Assembly: GCA_965203465.1 (NCBI GenBank)
Contig: CBDBCR010000001.1
Coordinates: 160,001-224,000 of the forward strand
DNA from: Nitrosopumilaceae archaeon
Lineage (GTDB): Archaea; Thermoproteota; Nitrososphaeria; Nitrososphaerales; Nitrosopumilaceae
Reading direction: 5' to 3'
DNA length: 64,000 nucleotides
Shown piece after piece: positions 58,909-64,000 of this stretch (the first letter of the stretch is position 1; every line of letters begins with the position of its first letter). Below the pieces are notes generated by a model. The model did not search any database. It was not told the origin of the DNA and worked only from the letters and a program-made list of their open reading frames with translations. The translations under genes were made by a program, and so were the position numbers.

Positions 58909-59132
58909 ACATGCTAGTGGAGGGGTTCATAGCGTCTGACTATTGGGCGCTCGGATTCTACAGCTTTGTACATGAACATGCTTACATGAAAGCTGTAGAT
59001 CGCGCCGGGTGCCTGCAAACTCGCGCCCCTTCGACTCGGGTAAGAGTTTGACGCCGCAGAATCCCGGTTCTGCTGGAGTCAACAATAAATGCCGGAACGC
59101 CCAAAAGGGACACTGTGGGTTCATTTTCAGTA

Positions 59133-60618
59133 GAAGTCATGCGTAATCCCCCGGAGTCCGGCTCCGGTGGGCGCGCAACGCCGCTACATATGTATCAATA
59201 TTGATAATATTGCGCGGAAAGCCGTAGATTCACAAAGACACGTGCGGCGACAACCTTGAGAGAGTTTCTGCCCTCCTGCCGCTCTTCGCGGCCGCAGTTA
59301 GCGGCTGCGCGCCGTCTTGGGCCCCGGCTTTTTGCCCTTGCGGTGGGTGCGCGGCTCCCTGTTCCCGCTGGTCATGATGGCCAGGTTGACCACGCCAATG
59401 ATCACGTCCAGCCCCCTCCTGAACTTTCCCTCGATTTTGCGCCCCCGGTTGCGCACCCACGCGAACGTCTCCACCTTGCGGAACGTGTTCTCTATCTGGA
59501 CGCGCTTGGTGTTCACGCGGTGGTTGTGCGCCCTTGCCTTCTTGGTGCCGCTTTGGGCGCGCGGCAGCGGCATCATTATCTTGGATCCGGGGTGGTGCTT
59601 GTCCAGGCCCCGGAAGCCCTTGTCGACGAACTCGATTATCTGCATGGCGGCGCTTTCCCCCTTCATGCACCGGGTTATCAGGCCCAAGTCCGGCTCCGAT
59701 TCGCGCAGGAGTGTCAGGTCGTGGGTGCTGCCCGGCGCCAAGTCGCTGTGGCCCAGCAGCGCCCCCTTGGCATTGGAGATCGCGTCGCTTTTGCGCGTGG
59801 TGTCTTTTTTCTTGCCCGAATAGCACGCGTCCCTCTCGTCCTTGTCGGTCGGGCGCTGCACGCGCAGTTCCACGCCGTCGGTGATCGCGATGTTGCCAGG
59901 CAGCGTCGGGCCCGGGTCGCCCGCGGAGCCCAGCTTGAAGCCGGCGATTTTTTCCAGCCGGCGCAGCAGCTTGTTGAACACTCTCTGGATCTGATCCTCC
60001 GTCCTGGCGTTCTGCAGCTCCTCGGATATCCTGTCCGCGGTGGGCAGCAGATTGGACATCCACTGCTCTATGTATTCAAAGTACCTGCTGATGGCGGTCT
60101 GGCTGATCTTGTAGACCGAGGCCACGTAGTCCTGCGACATGCCGTGCCGCTTGTGCTCAAAGTACAGGAACAGCATGTGCCTGGGGGCCACGGAGCACCG
60201 CCTCCCGGCCGAGCTCTCCGCCCCCTTCTTTCCCCAGTACAGCGGCGAATTCAGATCCGCGTCCATGCTGTTGAGCAGGGCGGCAGAGACCAGGCGGAAG
60301 TTGTCCTCGGGCAGCCCCGTCCTGATCTGCAGCACCCCGCCTTCGTCTATGTAAGAGTCGACCATTATGAGGCTGGCCGTCCTGGTGACGTCGAGTTCGG
60401 AAAGGCCAGACGCCTCGGCCAGGAACTTGGCCGCACCCCCAGGCGTCTCCGGCGTCGGAATCGTCCTCGCCTTGGCCCTTACCATGGCCGCGAGGGCCCG
60501 GATCGCCGGATCTTAAGGTTTCGATCAGAATTCTTTAGACAAGAAGTCTAGAAAAGTTGATTCGCTGCGCGTTGCCCGCCGCGCAAAACTCAGACTCCGG
60601 GGGATTACGCATGACTTC
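59133..60618 (-). mobile_element. IS5-superfamily (ISL2/Harbinger-like) insertion sequence
   Basis: 26-bp perfect TIR GAAGTCATGCGTAATCCCCCGGAGTC at both ends, flanked by TA. Confidence 0.92.
59298..60485 (-). CDS. DDE_Tnp_4-type transposase
   Basis: HTH (YVASVYKISQTAISR), TDGVE..VQRP, YSGKKK, GSTHD, VDKGF, RVQIEN. Confidence 0.92.
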   Translation of the reverse strand: MVRAKARTIPTPETPGGAAKFLAEASGLSELDVTRTASLIMVDSYIDEGGVLQIRTGLPEDNFRLVSAALLNSMDADLNSPLYWGKKGAESSAGRRCSVAPRHMLFLYFEHKRHGMSQDYVASVYKISQTAISRYFEYIEQWMSNLLPTADRISEELQNARTEDQIQRVFNKLLRRLEKIAGFKLGSAGDPGPTLPGNIAITDGVELRVQRPTDKDERDACYSGKKKDTTRKSDAISNAKGALLGHSDLAPGSTHDLTLLRESEPDLGLITRCMKGESAAMQIIEFVDKGFRGLDKHHPGSKIMMPLPRAQSGTKKARAHNHRVNTKRVQIENTFRKVETFAWVRNRGRKIEGKFRRGLDVIIGVVNLAIMTSGNREPRTHRKGKKPGPKTARSR

Positions 60619-60942
60619 TACTGCTAAATTCGTGCCATGCGGCTGAATTCTTGGCGTTTGGCTGTTGTCGTCGATTGCTTTTGCAGGATTTGCCAATCTC
60701 AACACATACGGCCTAGGCCGGTGGACTCGGCGGCTGTGTAGGCACCCGCACGCCCAGAGGCTCCTTTCGTCGCTGTAGATGGCAGAGTCCAAGCTGGGCG
60801 ACTACCAGACCATCCGCAGCGGCTTCCGCTCCAGGCAGCGCCGCGCCTGCCGGCACGGGCTCTAGGCACAATGCCGGGCGCGCAGGCGGGGCCGTACAAA
60901 ACCTCGGAATACGTTATATCGCGGCGCGCCCCGGCCGACTCG

Positions 60943-62961
60943 TTGAAGGCATTGGCCGCGTGCGCGGCGGTATCCGCGCTGCTGGCACTCTCGCAGTCCG
61001 GCGCCCAGCTGGCCTCGCCGCTGGCGCAGGAAGAGGCGGGCGCGGCGCCGGCCGACGTGCTCTGCAACGAGGGCCTGGTGCTGGTCATGCGCGCCTCTGG
61101 CGCCGCGTGCCTGCGGCCTGCCACCGCCGACCGGCTGGGCTTGGAGATACTCCAGCGTTCCGAACGATACGGCCACGCGGACGCCCCTGTAGTATCCGAC
61201 GGCGCGCTCGCAGACCTGGCCGGTCAGCCCGAGAAGGGTTCCGTCCAAGTCAGGGCGCACTCCTTGGTGCCGGCGCCCGATTTCAAGCCGGCCCTGCAGC
61301 ATCCCGACACCGGCGAGCGGCTCGAGTGCGTCTGGGAACAGTGCTACGCCGTCTCGCCCTCGTCGGAGACCTACGCGGGCCTGCACGGGGCGCAGTGCTC
61401 CAGGCACGGCAAGTGCTTCGTGGTCTCGGACGTGCCCCCGCCAACAGAGCGCGAGCCGCTGGTGTTTTTCTCGTCTTTCAGGGGGGAGCCTATCCGCACC
61501 ACGATAATGGTGGATCCGGACCGCACCGGCTACTGGTCCACCGCAACAAAGGCCGAACTCGACGAGCTGCTGCCCAGGCTCGCCGGATCGTTGTACCAGA
61601 GTCTCATCGCGCACACTATTGCTGATTTGGGGCCTGCTGTCCGCGCCCCTGACGGGACGCGGATCTGGGCGGCGATAGGCGCCGGTTTTGAAAACGCCCG
61701 CTGGCAGGATCAGTGGCAGACGGTGGCGGGCGACGATTTTGACTTTACCTCCGAAAGATACGATTATCTCTGGTCTTCGAACAAGGGCTGGTTCACGGCG
61801 CACAACGGGCTTGACGGCGGCAAGATCGAGCACCAGAGCTACACTCCGGTGCCCGGCTCGCCTACCGGCCTGGAATTTGCCGCCGAATTCATGGATACGA
61901 TGGGCTTTGACGACTGGTCTGTATACGTGGGGAAAGTATGGGGCTCGGGGCTGATCCACGGGACCGTACTGGATCAGACCACCGACCTCAAGGAAAACTA
62001 CAAAGCGACCGGGCCGACGGTTCAGCAAGTGACCTCGTTTATACAGGATGCGCGGGGCGACCCGGAACTGGATCCGGAAAAAATGACGAACAGCGTGTGG
62101 CACATAAGAAACAACTACGGCACGTACCGCGACGCCATCTTCGATCGCTTTGAGCCGGATCATATTCCGTTGACAGCGTACAACGAAGGGGCGGGGTGGA
62201 TATCGGTTGGCCCCGTCCCCGACGGGATGGCGGGCACTTTCGAGGGGTGGTCCGACTATCCTATACCCAAACCCGCCGTATCGCGGACGGAGGCAATAGA
62301 GCGGGCGCTGGAATTCGCCGCGGCCGACCCGGTGCTGTCCGGCCCCGAGTGCGGCCTGTCCGTTCAGGACAGGTCGGCCGAGGACCGGCCGCGGTACGTC
62401 TATCTGGACCAAGTGGCCGGCGCGCCGTTCTGGGTCGTGGACATGGGGGCCTGCGAGGTACTTCGCGATCTGTGCCACGACGACATTGTGTTTTCACAAG
62501 ATCTTTTGAGCATGGAAGAAGAGAATGCTGTAATAGAAGAAGCAAAGGCAAGGGGCCAATGGAACCTCAATCTGGTCTATGATCCCGAACGGTGGAACAC
62601 ATGGGGAGCCGATTCGGATCAATGCCGCATTATCTTGGAGAAAGCCACCGGCCTCAAGATAAACGCCTTTGGCAGGATCAATTCATCGGCCATGGACAAG
62701 GCGCCCTACATGCCGTACCACCAACACGTATTCAACCGCATCCACGAGATCAACGTGGACGTGTTCGTCGACGCGCTAGACGGCCAGACCGCCTGGTTCC
62801 GGGAGAACGAGGAATGGGACTCGGACATCAGGTGGAGAAACAGCTTCTTTGAGGACAAGAACGTGTGGTTTTTGGAGGACGGCAAAGTCACGTTTGCCTC
62901 AAAATGGCCCAAAGGGTATATCTACGAGACGGTGTGGCTGACCGACGAGACGGTTCGATGA
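60943..62961 (+). CDS. Secreted protein with thaumarchaeal Cys motif and PepSY-like region
   Basis: Signal peptide; VLCNEGLVLVMR.SG.ACLRP.TA.RL; VSRTEAIERA...FWVV...FVDALDG. Confidence 0.75.
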   Translation: MKALAACAAVSALLALSQSGAQLASPLAQEEAGAAPADVLCNEGLVLVMRASGAACLRPATADRLGLEILQRSERYGHADAPVVSDGALADLAGQPEKGSVQVRAHSLVPAPDFKPALQHPDTGERLECVWEQCYAVSPSSETYAGLHGAQCSRHGKCFVVSDVPPPTEREPLVFFSSFRGEPIRTTIMVDPDRTGYWSTATKAELDELLPRLAGSLYQSLIAHTIADLGPAVRAPDGTRIWAAIGAGFENARWQDQWQTVAGDDFDFTSERYDYLWSSNKGWFTAHNGLDGGKIEHQSYTPVPGSPTGLEFAAEFMDTMGFDDWSVYVGKVWGSGLIHGTVLDQTTDLKENYKATGPTVQQVTSFIQDARGDPELDPEKMTNSVWHIRNNYGTYRDAIFDRFEPDHIPLTAYNEGAGWISVGPVPDGMAGTFEGWSDYPIPKPAVSRTEAIERALEFAAADPVLSGPECGLSVQDRSAEDRPRYVYLDQVAGAPFWVVDMGACEVLRDLCHDDIVFSQDLLSMEEENAVIEEAKARGQWNLNLVYDPERWNTWGADSDQCRIILEKATGLKINAFGRINSSAMDKAPYMPYHQHVFNRIHEINVDVFVDALDGQTAWFRENEEWDSDIRWRNSFFEDKNVWFLEDGKVTFASKWPKGYIYETVWLTDETVR

Positions 62962-63212
62962 TGACACATACCGAAACACGCGCGACGCGCCGCAGATGGC
63001 CCCTGCCCGCGCTCTTGGTTTGTGCGCTGGCGGTGGCAAACCGCCTTCTCAAGGACGGACTCGGCCTCAAGTGAGGCCCTGCGCCCGCAGGCGAGCGTGA
63101 GCGAGAATGGCGGCAGCGCGCAGTCCGCCGGCCCGGCCTTTTGCCGCGCCCGACGCCGGGGTCCGCGCCAGGCACAGCCAAGTTTAAGTTCGGCAGAGGC
63201 GGGGCGGCGTTC

Positions 63213-64000
63213 GTGGTCCCGCCGTTTGAGGAATTCATGCTGCCGCTGCTAAAGGAGGTATCGGACGGCAGGGAATACACTTTGGCCAACACAGTACGGC
63301 CAGTCTCGGACAGCATGGGCCTGTCGGAGGACGACCGCAACAAAGTCATGCCGAGCAAAAGAAACAAAAGCACTACCTACGCGCAAAACAGGCTGCACTG
63401 GGCAAAGACGTACCTCAAATTTGCAGGCCTGCTGGAGATACCGAGCAGGGGGAAGTTCAGGATCACGCAACAAGGCCGGGACGTTCTTGACGAACGCCCT
63501 TCCCGGATAGACATAAAGTACCTGCTCCGGTTCGAATCGTTTGCAGAATGGAAGTCCAAGAGCCGAGGCGAGGGCACGGACAGTGCCGACGCACCCAGCA
63601 CCAGTAGCGCGACCCCCGAGGAGGCCATACAACGCGGCGTTGCAGAATACAGCGAATCGCTGCATGCGGACTTGCTGGAGGAAGTGTTGAAGGTTTCGCC
63701 GCACGGCTTCGAGGAGTTGGCGCTGGACTTGTTGGAACGGATGTACGGCGGCAAGGCGGAGCCGACGCAGCGCAGCAGGGACGGCGGGTTCGACGGCATC
63801 GTGTACGAGGACGAGCTGGGCTTGGCCAAGATCTACGTACAATGCAAGCGATACGACAGCGGCAACTTCGTGCGGGCCAAAGACATCGACGCCTTCATAG
63901 GCGTGCTTGACGCCAGCTCCAAAAAGGGCATCTTCATAACCACGTCCAAATTCACGCCGGACGCAGAAGCTCGCCTCAAAAACCGAAACGACGTGTCGGT
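63213..64000 (+). CDS. mrr: Mrr type IV restriction endonuclease (runs off window)
   Basis: PPFEEFMLPLL, NRLHWAKTYLK.AGLL..P.RG.F.IT, FEEL, DGGFDG, YVQCKRY, KGIFITTSKF. Confidence 0.92.
   Translation, partial: MVPPFEEFMLPLLKEVSDGREYTLANTVRPVSDSMGLSEDDRNKVMPSKRNKSTTYAQNRLHWAKTYLKFAGLLEIPSRGKFRITQQGRDVLDERPSRIDIKYLLRFESFAEWKSKSRGEGTDSADAPSTSSATPEEAIQRGVAEYSESLHADLLEEVLKVSPHGFEELALDLLERMYGGKAEPTQRSRDGGFDGIVYEDELGLAKIYVQCKRYDSGNFVRAKDIDAFIGVLDASSKKGIFITTSKFTPDAEARLKNRNDVS

Larger units (their letters stand above)
51569..64000. mobile_element. Integrated ICE-like element; right end not seen
   Basis: Integrase 44 nt after the tRNA, then ParM-like, VirD4/VirB4-like, IS, Mrr and mosaic-GC cargo. 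Confidence 0.75.

Noticed and set aside
58927-60792. Gene interrupted by the IS (minus-strand ORFs rejoin in frame when the IS is removed)
   Set aside because: The joined peptide has no recognisable motif and a second frame is also open, so chance is likely

Overview
High-GC archaeal DNA, most consistent with a Nitrosopumilaceae thaumarchaeon. Supporting features are PCNA/TFS/Rpo11, Alba, thaumarchaeal-type Amt, a CFI-box-CTERM protein and a divergent atpI/atpEABD layout. The high GC recalls sponge-symbiont lineages such as Cenarchaeum, but that is inference. Most of 1-48.9 kb is core genome: Zn ABC permease, cobJ, two aspartokinases, amt, A-type ATP synthase, pyrH/tmk, ilvE, tRNA-Val, copA, argH and sdhABCD. 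An accessory block at about 7.3-14.7 kb holds an AAA-DUF4143 ATPase, an intact but apparently catalytically dead IS110-family protein and lower-GC secreted proteins. From tRNA-Ala(GGC) at 51.5 kb to the window end lies an integrated element. It carries a tyrosine integrase, a perfect 170-bp x3.7 hairpin-rich tandem array, a Zn-ribbon protein, a ParM-like actin ATPase, a frameshifted VirD4/VirB4-like ATPase, an IS5-like element, a secreted protein and Mrr. The most notable observations are (1) the 170-bp array with a ParM-like gene nearby, (2) the dead IS110 as a possible domesticated RNA-guided protein, (3) a divergent, shortened 5S-rRNA-like RNA between ilvE and aspartokinase, and (4) a phosphoesterase-HhH-RNase H fusion nuclease. 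All calls come from reading motifs by eye; no searches were run.
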